From an uncultured Clostridia bacterium (GTDB lineage Bacteria > Bacillota > Clostridia > Christensenellales > UBA1242), in assembly GCA_944372365.1 (NCBI GenBank), contig CALVYP010000001.1:5427-69426 (forward strand): a stretch of 64,000 nt of DNA. The letters run 5' to 3'. Of the stretch, positions 1 to 9,529 are shown piece by piece (positions within the stretch are counted from its first letter, which is position 1; each line of letters opens with the position of its first letter). The translations under genes and the position numbers were made by a program. A model generated the notes under the pieces. It made no database searches and was not told the origin of the DNA. It saw only the letters and a list, made by a program, of their open reading frames with translations.

Positions 1-1357
1 CCAGATTTGAACAATTTCGAAAGGCGTTGTTTGAGATGCTTTCAAGCGAATTTGGCAAAATAATTGATGTCAATTGCCTGCATTCCTCAAAGGCAGATTC
101 TCCGATGCTGATCAAATTGCTGTCAGAGGCGTCAATCACTTTCAGTTGTGAATTTCTGAAAGCAGAAGTTCCAATATATTTGACATTTTCAGGAATTTTA
201 AACTCTGTCGCAGGGTTTGCTGGTGCATAACCGGCAATCGTTTCTCCATCTGTGATTATCGCTCTGTTGTCATAAATTTGATAATAGGAATTGCCTTCTC
301 CTTCCAAATATTTGATGTCATAAGAATTAGAAAAAACCGAGCTTCCGAATTTGTAAATTGTGTTTGGCAATTTTACTGTTTCAATATCGTGATAAATCCA
401 AAAAGCGCTGTCGGCCACTGAGTAAACTTGATAGTATGTCTCGCCATCACTTACGCTTGCTGGAATTTCAAAAACATCAGTTGACCCCACACCATAAGTT
501 GCTGTAACCTCCGCCAACTTGGTCTCCTTATATAAAGTGTATCTTAGATCGCCTGAGTTAAATCTGATTTGCGTTGTTGCATTAAACAAGGCATAGATCG
601 TCCTCGGAGATGAAACTCCAAAAGTAAACTTGTAATTTGGTGATGTGGAGAGAACTTGCATTGTTTTTGGATCTGTTGATGTCGCCCAAGCCAAAAATTC
701 GTTGCCTTCATTTTCAGTTGCCGTCAATGAGATCTCATCACCTATATTGTAGCTCCCACCACCCTGCACGCTGCCAAGTGCAGCAATGTTTGGCAGCACC
801 TGAACTTCTATTCCTTCGGTTGGTGCTTGGTTTGCATTTATAATTTTAATGTTAAGGTTAAATTGAGAGGTTATGTCAGCGTCTGAATTCACAGAAAAAG
901 CAATTTCACACACGCCTGTTTGCGTTGGAGCAAGTTCAAAATAAACATCGTTGGCTTCGAGATAATCCTTTTTTAAAGATATGGACAAATTGTCAACTTG
1001 ATTTTGATTTTTTACTTTGAACAACAATGCTTCCTCTGCGCTGAGATTTTCAAATTTGAGTTTCAAAACAGCAGAGGCAGATTGTTTAAACGAAAATGAT
1101 ATGTTCTGCCAGCTTTGGCTTTCTGATGAAACTCCACCATCATTCACAACAACGGTTGCCGGGCTTGAATGGCTTTCTGTGTTTTCAAATTCTGCTGAAA
1201 CAGAAGCGTTGGCCCCGCTGGTTTGAAAATCGATGTTGCCACTGATTTCAAAAACCTTTTCTTTGTTTCCACATGCCGCAACAATGACAGCCACAAACAT
1301 CAGAAACGCTATAATTATGGGCATAAAAATTTTTGATTTTAATGCTAACTTTGACAT
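1..1357 (-). CDS. Surface lipoprotein, C-terminally truncated by the window edge: signal peptide and lipobox, an InlB-B-repeat-like domain, then BspA-type leucine-rich repeats
   Basis: Missing from the ORF track because it runs off the window. Minus-strand translation from ATG 1357-1355 (SD AGGGGGA upstream) gives MSKLALKSKIFMPIIIAFLMFVAVIVAACGNKEK (lipobox VAAC). Further on it reads VQGGGSYNIGDEISLTATENEGNEFLAWA. Near nt 1-240 it reads FKIPENVKYIGTSAFRNSQLKVIDASDSNLISIGESAFEECRQLTSIILPNSLESISNNAFRNCSNL, the classic BspA/LRR_5 pattern. I saw no in-frame stop down to nt 1. Confidence 0.8.
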   Translation of the reverse strand, partial: MSKLALKSKIFMPIIIAFLMFVAVIVAACGNKEKVFEISGNIDFQTSGANASVSAEFENTESHSSPATVVVNDGGVSSESQSWQNISFSFKQSASAVLKLKFENLSAEEALLFKVKNQNQVDNLSISLKKDYLEANDVYFELAPTQTGVCEIAFSVNSDADITSQFNLNIKIINANQAPTEGIEVQVLPNIAALGSVQGGGSYNIGDEISLTATENEGNEFLAWATSTDPKTMQVLSTSPNYKFTFGVSSPRTIYALFNATTQIRFNSGDLRYTLYKETKLAEVTATYGVGSTDVFEIPASVSDGETYYQVYSVADSAFWIYHDIETVKLPNTIYKFGSSVFSNSYDIKYLEGEGNSYYQIYDNRAIITDGETIAGYAPANPATEFKIPENVKYIGTSAFRNSQLKVIDASDSNLISIGESAFEECRQLTSIILPNSLESISNNAFRNCSNL

Positions 1358-1457
1358 GTTTCCCCCTATTTATTTAATTATAAAAAATAACCGGAGTTAT
1401 GTCAAACAAAAAGCATGCCTCCTCTGTTGAAAACAACAGCTAGTCGCGCTGGCGAAA

Positions 1458-1709
1458 TCATTGTTTGAGCGTTTGCAAGTGGGCCTTTTGTTGTTTTGTG
1501 ATTCGCAGGCTCTCCCTTGCTTTTTGAATGGTTTTGTTGTGCACCCACTTGCTTAATGATTTGGATTCAAGGAATTTGATCGCATCAGCATACTGCTTTG
1601 CAAGGGCCGTTGCAAAATACCAAGCAATCATCAATAAAGCCAAAATTAAAACAAAAATTTGAAGAAGTGATGTCATAACTCCACCAACACCTAAACTCCA
1701 CAAATCCAT
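1458..1709 (-). CDS. Small membrane protein, unknown function
   Basis: 83-aa ORF with one hydrophobic helix (LLQIFVLILALLMIAWYFATAL) followed by a basic tail. Same strand as the lipoprotein gene and ~100 nt upstream of it. No family recognised. Confidence 0.5.
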   Translation of the reverse strand: MDLWSLGVGGVMTSLLQIFVLILALLMIAWYFATALAKQYADAIKFLESKSLSKWVHNKTIQKARESLRITKQQKAHLQTLKQ

Positions 1710-2022
1710 AGTTCTATATCCGCTTAAATTTAAAGAAAAATTATTAGGCCCTGATGAAACAATAGAATCATTATAAATATAACCATAAACGTAAGATAAG
1801 TATGGTTATGTTTATTATTCCAAAAATAGTTTTACAAACCAAGAATTTTTATCATATTCTCCTAGATAGTAAGTATAACCATCGCCAGCCAGCGAAAAGT
1901 TTAAAAATTCAATTGTGTTGTGATAAAAATATCTCCCGTCCGATGTTATCAAAGTTGTTTCATTATGATCAAAATTATATTTAGATGAATGACGCGCGCT
2001 TGTTGCCGTCTCATACAGGCAA

Positions 2023-2679
2023 TTATTTTTTTAAGTTTTCGGTTGCTCTTACAGCATTTATAAACGCTAGGGTTTTTTGCTTGTCGAGTTTGTAGTTTGT
2101 CGCGCAACCGCTGTTGCTGTCAACGCCCCACGGCTTGACTTTTGCAATTATCTCCGCCACATTTTGAGCGTTTAATCCGCCGGCAATCATAACCGGTTTG
2201 TTTACGGTTTTAACAATCTCGGCGTCGCGATCAAAATTATGCGTCTTCCCCGTTCCGCCAAATTGATTTGTTTGAAGGTTGATTGAATCAGTGAAAATTG
2301 CATCTCCAATAAAATTTTTGTTTAGTTTGTTTAAAATTTTTCCATTTTCATCGATATGCACAAGCCTTAAAATTTTTATATATGGAAGTGCATCTTTAAT
2401 TTTTTTTACCTCTCTTTCGCTGATGTGCGAATGCAGTTGAAGACATGTGAATCCACAAAACTTGGCGATGTCAACAATCTCTTGCGCGCTTTCAAGATGA
2501 GTTATCATTGTTGCGGCGCAAAAAGGCGGAAGCGATTTGATGATTGCCTTTGCTTTGGTTTTTGAAATAAACTCCTTGCTGAAATGTTTTTGCCCAACCA
2601 GCAAACCAATGCTGTCCACACCATTGTCACAACAAAATTTTGCTTCATCGGCGTCTCTGCAAACAATTTGAATTTTCAT
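2023..2679 (-). CDS. trpF: Phosphoribosylanthranilate isomerase-like (TrpF family)
   Basis: 218 aa. N-terminal KIQIVCRDADEA..GVDSIGLL and C-terminal GGTGKTHNFD, IAGGLNAQNV, PWGVDSNSG match the TrpF barrel and phosphate-binding pattern. SD AGGAG lies upstream. No other trp genes are in the window. Confidence 0.7.
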   Translation of the reverse strand: MKIQIVCRDADEAKFCCDNGVDSIGLLVGQKHFSKEFISKTKAKAIIKSLPPFCAATMITHLESAQEIVDIAKFCGFTCLQLHSHISEREVKKIKDALPYIKILRLVHIDENGKILNKLNKNFIGDAIFTDSINLQTNQFGGTGKTHNFDRDAEIVKTVNKPVMIAGGLNAQNVAEIIAKVKPWGVDSNSGCATNYKLDKQKTLAFINAVRATENLKK

Positions 2680-2806
2680 GTTTTGCTCCTACTTATTTTT
2701 AGTATACAACCAAACAATTTCGCCCGTCAAGAATAATTGAAGCATTGAATGCGATTGCAATGTTTTAAATATGTTGACTCACTTCAAAAACATATTATAT
2801 ATTTTG

Positions 2807-2835
2807 TTGCGTTTGATGTGAAAAGTTGCTATAAT
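2807..2835 (+). promoter_or_regulatory. Sigma-A type promoter of the ABC transporter operon
   Basis: TTGCGT(2807-2812)-N17-TATAAT(2830-2835) with TG at 2827-2828. A ~40-nt leader carries SD AAGGGGG before ATG 2876. Confidence 0.55.
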
Positions 2836-2875
2836 AATTAGGTAAAACGCTTTTGTTTACATCAAGGGGGCGCTA

Positions 2876-3829
2876 ATGCAGGAAGATGTGATTGTTGTTG
2901 ATCACTTGACAAAGGACTATGGCCACGGCCGTGGTGTTTTTGATGTCTGCTTTGCTGTGCGCAAAGGTGAAGTTTTTGGATTTTTAGGCCCAAACGGCGC
3001 TGGAAAAAGCACAACCATTCGTCACATTATGGGGTTTTCAAAACCACAAAGCGGCATGACGATGGTTAACGGATTGGAATCTTTTAAAAACTACTATAAA
3101 ATTCTTGAAAATGTTGGCTATCTGCCCGGTGAAATCGCCCTGCCAGAAGGCTTGACAGGCTGGGAATTTATAAGTATGATGAGCAAACTTCGCCACAGCG
3201 ACGACAGAAAAAGGCTTGACTATCTGCTTGCAACTTTTGAACTTGATCCTGCTGGCGAAACAAAAAAAATGAGCCTTGGCGACAAGCGTAAACTTGCCAT
3301 TGTTGCTGCGTTTATGGCTGACCCAGATGTGTTGATTTTAGACGAGCCAACAAGCGGACTGGATCCTGTTATGCAGCAGGTGTTTATCGATTTTATTAAG
3401 CAAGAAAAAAAGCGCGGAAAAACAATTTTGCTCTCAAGCCACATGTTTAATGAAGTGGAGGCAACTTGCGATCGAATTTCTATAATCAAAGACGGCAAAA
3501 TTGTTTCAACTTTCAACACCAATGATATAAAGCACAATCACAACAAAAGTTTTAAGGTTTATTTTAAAGATAGAAAAAATTATCAAAATTTTGTTAAAAA
3601 TGTGCCAAAAAAAGCAAAAAACACATTAAATATCAAAAAACCTTGCATAACCTCTCACAATCAAAACCAACTGTGGGCAGTGGTTGCAATAAATGATAAA
3701 TTTGTAAATGACTTTATTTCAACGCTTGAACAATACAATGTGGCAAAGTTTGAAGAAATTAAATTCACCATTGAAGATTATTTCATGCAATTTTATCATG
3801 AAGACAAAAAGTTTGGAGGCGTGCTGTGA
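2876..3829 (+). CDS. ABC transporter ATP-binding protein 1
   Basis: 317 aa. Walker A GPNGAGKST, signature-like MSLGDKRKL, Walker B LILDEPTSGLD. The TGA stop overlaps the GTG start of the next gene (GTGA). Confidence 0.9.
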   Translation: MQEDVIVVDHLTKDYGHGRGVFDVCFAVRKGEVFGFLGPNGAGKSTTIRHIMGFSKPQSGMTMVNGLESFKNYYKILENVGYLPGEIALPEGLTGWEFISMMSKLRHSDDRKRLDYLLATFELDPAGETKKMSLGDKRKLAIVAAFMADPDVLILDEPTSGLDPVMQQVFIDFIKQEKKRGKTILLSSHMFNEVEATCDRISIIKDGKIVSTFNTNDIKHNHNKSFKVYFKDRKNYQNFVKNVPKKAKNTLNIKKPCITSHNQNQLWAVVAINDKFVNDFISTLEQYNVAKFEEIKFTIEDYFMQFYHEDKKFGGVL

Positions 3830-4842
3830 AAAATGAAATTGCAATCAAGGTTGAACACCTTACAAAAGATTACGGCAAAGGTCGTGGAATTTTTGACTTG
3901 ACTTTTAATGTGCATAAAGGTGAAGTTTTTGGATTTGTTGGCACAAACGGCAGCGGAAAAACAACCACCATCCGTCACATCATGGGCTTTTTAAAACCTG
4001 ACAGCGGCGATGTGCAAGTGCAAGGGTTTGACGCTTGGAAGGATGCCCCACACATCAAAAGTTTTGTTGGATATGTGCCCGGTGAAATCGCCTTCCCTGA
4101 TCTTAGCACTGGCACAATTTTTCTTAAAAATCAAGCCGAACTTTTGGGCGTTAAAAACATGGATTATGCCAACAGCTTGATTGACAAACTGCAACTTGAC
4201 ACATCCGCAAACTTAAAGCGCATGAGCAAAGGTATGAAGCAAAAAACAGCAATCGTGGCTGGGTTTATGGCAGATAAAGACATTCTTATTCTCGACGAGC
4301 CAACCACAGGGCTTGATCCACTTATGCGCGAAACTTTTCTTGACATTATTTTGCAAGAAAAAAGTAAAGGCAAAACAATTTTTATGTCAAGTCAAATGTT
4401 TGACGAATTGGAAATCACATGCGATCGCGTGGCACTTATTCTTGACGGAAAAATAATTGACATTGCCGAAGTCGCTTCTCTGCAAAATCCATCACACAGA
4501 ATTTACAAAATTGAATTCACCAATCAAAAAGACTATGAAAAATTTAAAAAGCTTAAATTTAAAATAGTTAGAGATCAGCAAAAATATTTTCAAGTTACAA
4601 TCAAAATCGCAAATTCATCAATCAACCAGCTGTTTAACGTGCTGAAAAACTATCAAGTAAAATTTATAAGCGAAGTTAAGCAAAATCTTGAAAAGCATTT
4701 TAAAGATATCCTTGCATCACAAAGGCAGGTTAAGATTGTAACCAGCGAAGAGCTTGATAAAACTCACAGGCAAAAAAGAATTGAAAAAAGATCGCTAAAA
4801 AAGCAACAAAAACTGCAAAAGGAGGAAAAAGATGATAAATAA
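3826..4842 (+). CDS. ABC transporter ATP-binding protein 2 (tandem paralog)
   Basis: 338 aa with GTNGSGKTT, MSKGMKQKT and LILDEPTTGLD. GTG start preceded by SD GGAGG. Lys/Glu-rich C-terminal tail. Confidence 0.9.
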   Translation: MKNEIAIKVEHLTKDYGKGRGIFDLTFNVHKGEVFGFVGTNGSGKTTTIRHIMGFLKPDSGDVQVQGFDAWKDAPHIKSFVGYVPGEIAFPDLSTGTIFLKNQAELLGVKNMDYANSLIDKLQLDTSANLKRMSKGMKQKTAIVAGFMADKDILILDEPTTGLDPLMRETFLDIILQEKSKGKTIFMSSQMFDELEITCDRVALILDGKIIDIAEVASLQNPSHRIYKIEFTNQKDYEKFKKLKFKIVRDQQKYFQVTIKIANSSINQLFNVLKNYQVKFISEVKQNLEKHFKDILASQRQVKIVTSEELDKTHRQKRIEKRSLKKQQKLQKEEKDDK

Positions 4843-6433
4843 AGCGCTGTTTAAACAGTCTTGCAAGGCAAATTGGGTAAAATGGCTGACAGTGACAGTT
4901 GCAACCTGCACAATGCTTGCAATCGTCATCATCGTGCTTGGCAACCTTGCCATAAATGATATTCGCGACTCGCTTAAAGAAGTTTTCGCACAAGCCGACC
5001 AAGAAGCCACGCTAAAAGAAGATGTCATCGACAGCTATGATTTATACCTTTCTGCCGTTGACGGCACACACCAAATTGTTGTTGGCGTTGACGCAATGTT
5101 TGCCAGCTACGATCAAGCAAAGGAGGCAATTGGCTCTTCCGCATCAGATGAGCAGCTCTCTGCCATTAAAAACCAAGTTGCAGCAGGTGCTATTCAGCAG
5201 TTCGGCGATTTGCTTACATCCTCAGGCATGACGCAGGAAGAGCTTCAAGCTTCAATCATAACACTGCTTGGCATTTATGATTTCTCTCCTGATATGGCAA
5301 GGAATAGCGCAATATCAACAATCACAGCAATGTTGCCAACGCAAATTGAGCAACTTGCACAGCAGCAAAAACTTGATGAAGGCGCAACGCAAGAAGAAGC
5401 CGAATTGGCTGGGCAGCAGGCGAAAGGGCTCGCTGAAAAAGCTGTTGCTGATTATCTAGATAAATCCAGTGCTGATGATTTTGTTTATTCACAAAACCTT
5501 TTCACAGCAAGTGCAACAACCGAAGTAAATGAAATGATGTATGATCAAGTTTATGAGATGCAAATCGCGCAAGGCGTGGATGCAGAAGAAGCCGAGATAA
5601 ACGCAGTTGCTGTGAAAGTGATATCCAACACCGCCATATCCACCTATCAAATTTGGCAGCAAACATACAGCGAAGATGGCGTTTTGACGGATGAAGAAAA
5701 AACCTTGGCAAAAACAGAGGCAACAAAATCAATCTCAGATCAAATTCCTGACAAAGTGTCAGAAGCACTTGAAGAACTTGGAAACATGGATGTTTACGGG
5801 CTTATCATCGGTTCAATCTTCTATCGCATTGCAGGGCTTTTGCTTCCAATGGTGTTTGTAATTATGACGGCAAACGGATTGCTTGCTGGGCAAGTTGATT
5901 CAGGATCGATGGCATATGTGCTTTCAACCCCAACCAAAAGGCGCACAGTTTCTGTTACGCAAATGACATATCTGCTGTTTTCACTGTTTGCAATGTTCGC
6001 CCTTCTTACAGCGGTCAGCGTGATTTCGGTTTGGATTGTTGGCGGAAACAACTTTGCAATCAACTTCTCTGAAATTTTACTCTTCAACCTAGGCGCATTT
6101 TTAACGATGTTTGCGATCGCAGGCTTCTGTTTTATGTGCTCTGCAATTTTCAACCGCGCAAAATATTCGCTATCAATAGGCGGCGGGCTGACAATATTCT
6201 CACTCGTTTGCACAATTTTAGGTTTGTTTGGATCGTCAGTTGTGCCAAGCGCAATGCGAATCACACAAATGAACTTTTTCAACTATCTTTCAATCATCAC
6301 CTTCTTTGACACAACCGACATACTGTCTGGCTCGCTGGCTTGGCTGTGGAAGTTTGGGATATTGCTGGTGATTGGAATTGTGACAATAATTATTGGCATA
6401 TTCAGGTTTGATAAAAAGGATTTGCCATTATAA
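4832..6433 (+). CDS. ABC-2-type transporter permease with a large extracytoplasmic segment
   Basis: 533 aa. One N-terminal TM helix, a ~300-aa Ala/Glu/Gln-rich segment, then about 5-6 TM helices. The start overlaps the upstream ATPase gene by 11 nt and has SD AAGGAGG. Confidence 0.7.
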   Translation: MINKALFKQSCKANWVKWLTVTVATCTMLAIVIIVLGNLAINDIRDSLKEVFAQADQEATLKEDVIDSYDLYLSAVDGTHQIVVGVDAMFASYDQAKEAIGSSASDEQLSAIKNQVAAGAIQQFGDLLTSSGMTQEELQASIITLLGIYDFSPDMARNSAISTITAMLPTQIEQLAQQQKLDEGATQEEAELAGQQAKGLAEKAVADYLDKSSADDFVYSQNLFTASATTEVNEMMYDQVYEMQIAQGVDAEEAEINAVAVKVISNTAISTYQIWQQTYSEDGVLTDEEKTLAKTEATKSISDQIPDKVSEALEELGNMDVYGLIIGSIFYRIAGLLLPMVFVIMTANGLLAGQVDSGSMAYVLSTPTKRRTVSVTQMTYLLFSLFAMFALLTAVSVISVWIVGGNNFAINFSEILLFNLGAFLTMFAIAGFCFMCSAIFNRAKYSLSIGGGLTIFSLVCTILGLFGSSVVPSAMRITQMNFFNYLSIITFFDTTDILSGSLAWLWKFGILLVIGIVTIIIGIFRFDKKDLPL

Positions 6434-6436
6434 AAA

Positions 6437-6459
6437 AAGCGCTTGAAGCGCTTTTTTTT
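6437..6459. terminator. Bidirectional intrinsic terminator
   Basis: AAGCGCT(6437-6443)-TGA-AGCGCTT(6447-6453) hairpin flanked by an A-run and a T-run, between convergent genes. Confidence 0.7.
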
Positions 6460-6460
6460 G

Positions 6461-8398
6461 TTAAGTTAAAATTTCATCATAGGTGAAGCCATCTTTAACA
6501 AGATAGTAATGCATGCCAAGTTTTTTTGCAGATTGCAGATCATGTTTAAAATTGTTTCCAACAACCAAAATTTGGTATGGTTTTAGGTTGCTTTTTTGCA
6601 TGATCTCTTGATAGATTTTGAATTTATCTAAATTCTCTGGTTTTGAAAGATCATTGCTGATTATTTCTTCAAACATACTTTCATCAAAATTGTTATATTC
6701 AAGCGCTGCAAGCAAATCGCCCTGCTTATAATTTGACACGATGTAAATTTTTCCTAACTGTTTAAATTTTTGTAGCTCCTGATTGCTTATTTTTTTGCCG
6801 CGCATATAATTTTTGTTTGTTTTAACATATTCTCTAAAAATTAAATACGACGCGTTGCTGCCTTCAACATCAAACAACATTTTGTTTATATTGCTTGAAA
6901 GCCCTTCGCCATTCAGACCGCAGCCATATTTTTTGAGAAGTTGGTTTCTTTGATTTTGAGTTAAATTTGAAAAATGCTGGTTAAACCACTGCAAATTTAA
7001 TTTTCGGTGATTGTCTTTTTTCATGTCCCAAACAAGTGTCTCTCTAAAATCAAAGATTGTAAGTTTGATTTTGTTTGAAAGCAAATTTGGATCTTTGTTT
7101 ATATTGCTCATCCATCGCTTGCTTTTGAAGATTATCAAATACACCGGCAAAAATATCAATGTTGGAATTAAAATGACAAAATATGCAAGCGGAACGCTGA
7201 GTGGCAAGAATTGCACAACAAAACAACTTGCAATTAAAATTATCGTGCAAAAAATTTCAATAATCACAAACGGTTTGTTTTTGCCGCCAAGCCTAAGCAT
7301 ATGGCTGCCCATATTCCAAGACACAAACCTAAGCAAATGAATTGCTAGATAGCATGGCAAAACTGTAAACATCAATCCAAAATATTCATCATTAACGCCA
7401 AGCGCGATTGGATAAATGAAAATCATGCTCGCAATAAAATAGAAAAGCCAAATAAACAGCGACATATAAATTGAATATTTGGCTTGCTGATAAGCCTCGT
7501 CAAACCTATCCTTGCCAAGCAACCTTGTAATTTTTATTGCGTTTACTGTTCCGATTGCAAAAAGCAAGCCGTTAAATACATCCAGCACATTTTCTAGATA
7601 GGAATAAGTGTTGAAAATTCCTTCACTAAACCTGATTAAAATGATTGCTGTGGCATAATAACCAATCTGCCAAATAAATTCAACCGCCAAGTTTGAAAGC
7701 AGCACTCCCCACTGCTTTTTTGTGAGATTTACAGTTTGAAATTTGAAAAAATTTATTGAAAGCTGCTTGTTTTTAACCAAAAGCACATATGAAACAACTA
7801 TCGCTATAGCAGCACTGACAACATACGCAATTGCGATGTAGTTGAGATAATATTCTCCCGAAAAATACAGCGCCAAAAATCCAACTATCGTGACGACAAG
7901 CGGAATCATTTCACTTATAAGTTGACGCTTGAAAAACTTTAAGCTTTTCATTGTGTTTGTTAAATATGAACTTATGCATGAGAGAAAGAAATAGCCGCAC
8001 ATTATATAATAAAAAGTGTAACTTTGTGGATGATAATCCATCAAAATTTCAATAAAAAACTTTGGAAAACATGCAAGAATCACTGTTGAAACAACTGAAA
8101 AAGCCAAATTTATTTCAAATCCAACTTTGGCATATTTTCGCACCTTATAATTTGAGCCATAATTTTGATTCATAAAAATTGCTATGCCATTGCTTACACC
8201 AAATGCGATGATGGATGCAAAGGCATATATTGAAAGAAAGGCGTTGAGATATGTCAACTCTTCCACGCCAAGTAAATTTGATAAAATTGAAATTATGCTG
8301 TATAAAACTGCAACAGCAACATATTTAATTATTAAAAATTTGCTTTCTTTAAAAACTTCCCAAAAATTAGCAAAAAATTTTTTAGCAGCACTTTTCAT
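6461..8398 (-). CDS. MATE/MOP-flippase-like polytopic transporter fused to a C-terminal HAD-like domain
   Basis: 645 aa. Residues 1 to ~430 form about 12 TM helices. Residues ~440-645 are soluble and HAD-like: motif I reads IFDFRETL (DxR instead of DxD), motif II IVSN, motif IV VVGNNFKHD (GN instead of GD). Confidence 0.65.
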   Translation of the reverse strand: MKSAAKKFFANFWEVFKESKFLIIKYVAVAVLYSIISILSNLLGVEELTYLNAFLSIYAFASIIAFGVSNGIAIFMNQNYGSNYKVRKYAKVGFEINLAFSVVSTVILACFPKFFIEILMDYHPQSYTFYYIMCGYFFLSCISSYLTNTMKSLKFFKRQLISEMIPLVVTIVGFLALYFSGEYYLNYIAIAYVVSAAIAIVVSYVLLVKNKQLSINFFKFQTVNLTKKQWGVLLSNLAVEFIWQIGYYATAIILIRFSEGIFNTYSYLENVLDVFNGLLFAIGTVNAIKITRLLGKDRFDEAYQQAKYSIYMSLFIWLFYFIASMIFIYPIALGVNDEYFGLMFTVLPCYLAIHLLRFVSWNMGSHMLRLGGKNKPFVIIEIFCTIILIASCFVVQFLPLSVPLAYFVILIPTLIFLPVYLIIFKSKRWMSNINKDPNLLSNKIKLTIFDFRETLVWDMKKDNHRKLNLQWFNQHFSNLTQNQRNQLLKKYGCGLNGEGLSSNINKMLFDVEGSNASYLIFREYVKTNKNYMRGKKISNQELQKFKQLGKIYIVSNYKQGDLLAALEYNNFDESMFEEIISNDLSKPENLDKFKIYQEIMQKSNLKPYQILVVGNNFKHDLQSAKKLGMHYYLVKDGFTYDEILT

Positions 8399-8469
8399 TT
8401 GATAATATTATATATTTTAATTATTTTTTTTGCAAGTAATTATAATTGATTAAAATAATAAAAAAATTG

Positions 8470-8478
8470 TGCTATAAT
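8470..8478 (+). promoter_or_regulatory. Extended -10 promoter, leaderless architecture
   Basis: TGcTATAAT at 8470-8478. ATG 8485 starts 6 nt after the -10 box, with no SD. Confidence 0.6.
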
Positions 8479-8484
8479 TAGACT

Positions 8485-9012
8485 ATGGAGTTTATTTTAG
8501 CACAAATTTTTGGTGGCATCGCGCTTTTGCTGGTGGTTGTATCTTACTTTTGGAAAGATAAAAAAGTTTTTTTAATGCTGCAAGTTATTGCAAATATTTT
8601 TTATGGGCTTTCATTCGTTTTCAGCAGCGCGCTTGTGTTTGGAATCAACAGTTTTATATCTATTGTGAGAGTTATTGTGCTGTATGTATACGAAAAAAAG
8701 AACATGTCTCCGCCAATATATTTGGTGATTCCGTTTGTGCTTAGCTACTTAACCGTTGGAATAATTTTCTATCAACAACCAATCGACATCATCGGCATTT
8801 TCACCCCTATGCTTTTTACGATTGCCATGTGGATGAAAAACATGCAACTTGTCAGATATTTAATGCTTTTGCCAAATGCTTTGCTGGTGCTGTCTGCCCT
8901 GCTTTATTCAGCTTACACAACTGCGTTGCTAGACGCCGTTGAAATTGTTGCGGTAGTTGTTGCAATAATCACCTTCCACTTGAAAAAACATAATACCAAA
9001 TGGCTGCTTTAA
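8485..9012 (+). CDS. YgjV-like inner membrane protein
   Basis: 175 aa with 5-6 TM helices. The N-terminus MEFILAQIFGGIALLLVVVSYFWKDKK resembles the YgjV family. Confidence 0.55.
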   Translation: MEFILAQIFGGIALLLVVVSYFWKDKKVFLMLQVIANIFYGLSFVFSSALVFGINSFISIVRVIVLYVYEKKNMSPPIYLVIPFVLSYLTVGIIFYQQPIDIIGIFTPMLFTIAMWMKNMQLVRYLMLLPNALLVLSALLYSAYTTALLDAVEIVAVVVAIITFHLKKHNTKWLL

Positions 9013-9494
9013 AATGTTATGTTAAAATAGTGCTTAACTTTTTGTAAAAATTTTTTAACTTGAATTTTGCCATGCACCATGGTTTGAAGTTGCACTCCTT
9101 CCCAATCAAAAACGCAATCAAGCAATTTAAAGTTGTTGTTTGAATAAAATTTTATTCGTTGCAAGCCATCTGCGCTTGCATTATTTTTGCACTCGACATT
9201 AAGAGCAATCGGCTTGTTGAAATTTTTTAAATACTCCAAAATTTTACCACCAATGCCGCGATCACGCAATGGCTCGTCCACAGCAAGATATGCCACAAAA
9301 ATGCACTCGCCAAAATCCTTATAAACACAAATTCCAACAAAAAGATCGCCGTCAAACACAACGCACTTTTTCAAACCGCGATATTTCGGCAAAAACAAAG
9401 GCTTCCTTTCATTTTGCGGAAAGGCCTGATTATACACATTCAAAAATTTTTGTTTGCGCGTTTTTGTGCTTGTGGCTGAATAAAACTTTATCAT
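9009..9494 (-). CDS. GNAT family N-acetyltransferase
   Basis: 161 aa. Acetyl-CoA binding motif A: VAYLAVDEPLRDRGIGGKILEYL. Confidence 0.8.
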   Translation of the reverse strand: MIKFYSATSTKTRKQKFLNVYNQAFPQNERKPLFLPKYRGLKKCVVFDGDLFVGICVYKDFGECIFVAYLAVDEPLRDRGIGGKILEYLKNFNKPIALNVECKNNASADGLQRIKFYSNNNFKLLDCVFDWEGVQLQTMVHGKIQVKKFLQKVKHYFNITF

Positions 9495-9500
9495 AAAATT

Positions 9501-9509
9501 ATTTTAACA
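9501..9509 (-). promoter_or_regulatory. Extended -10 promoter, leaderless architecture
   Basis: The minus strand reads TGtTAAAAT (rc of 9501-9509), followed by 6 nt and then ATG at 9494. No SD. Confidence 0.55.
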
Positions 9510-9529
9510 CATTTTGCAGTTTTATAAAA

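Noticed and set aside
27-1430. Four + strand ORFs of 65-69 aa at the left edge
   Set aside because: They are antisense to the lipoprotein/LRR gene, which runs off the window and is therefore missing from the ORF track.
1818-2030. Minus-strand open frame reading ...TSDGRYFYHNTIEFLNFSLAGDGYTYYLGEYDKNSWFVKLFLE*
   Set aside because: It looks protein-like but has no ATG or SD, is shorter than 75 codons, and overlaps the trpF stop. At most it is a gene remnant, and the evidence is insufficient.
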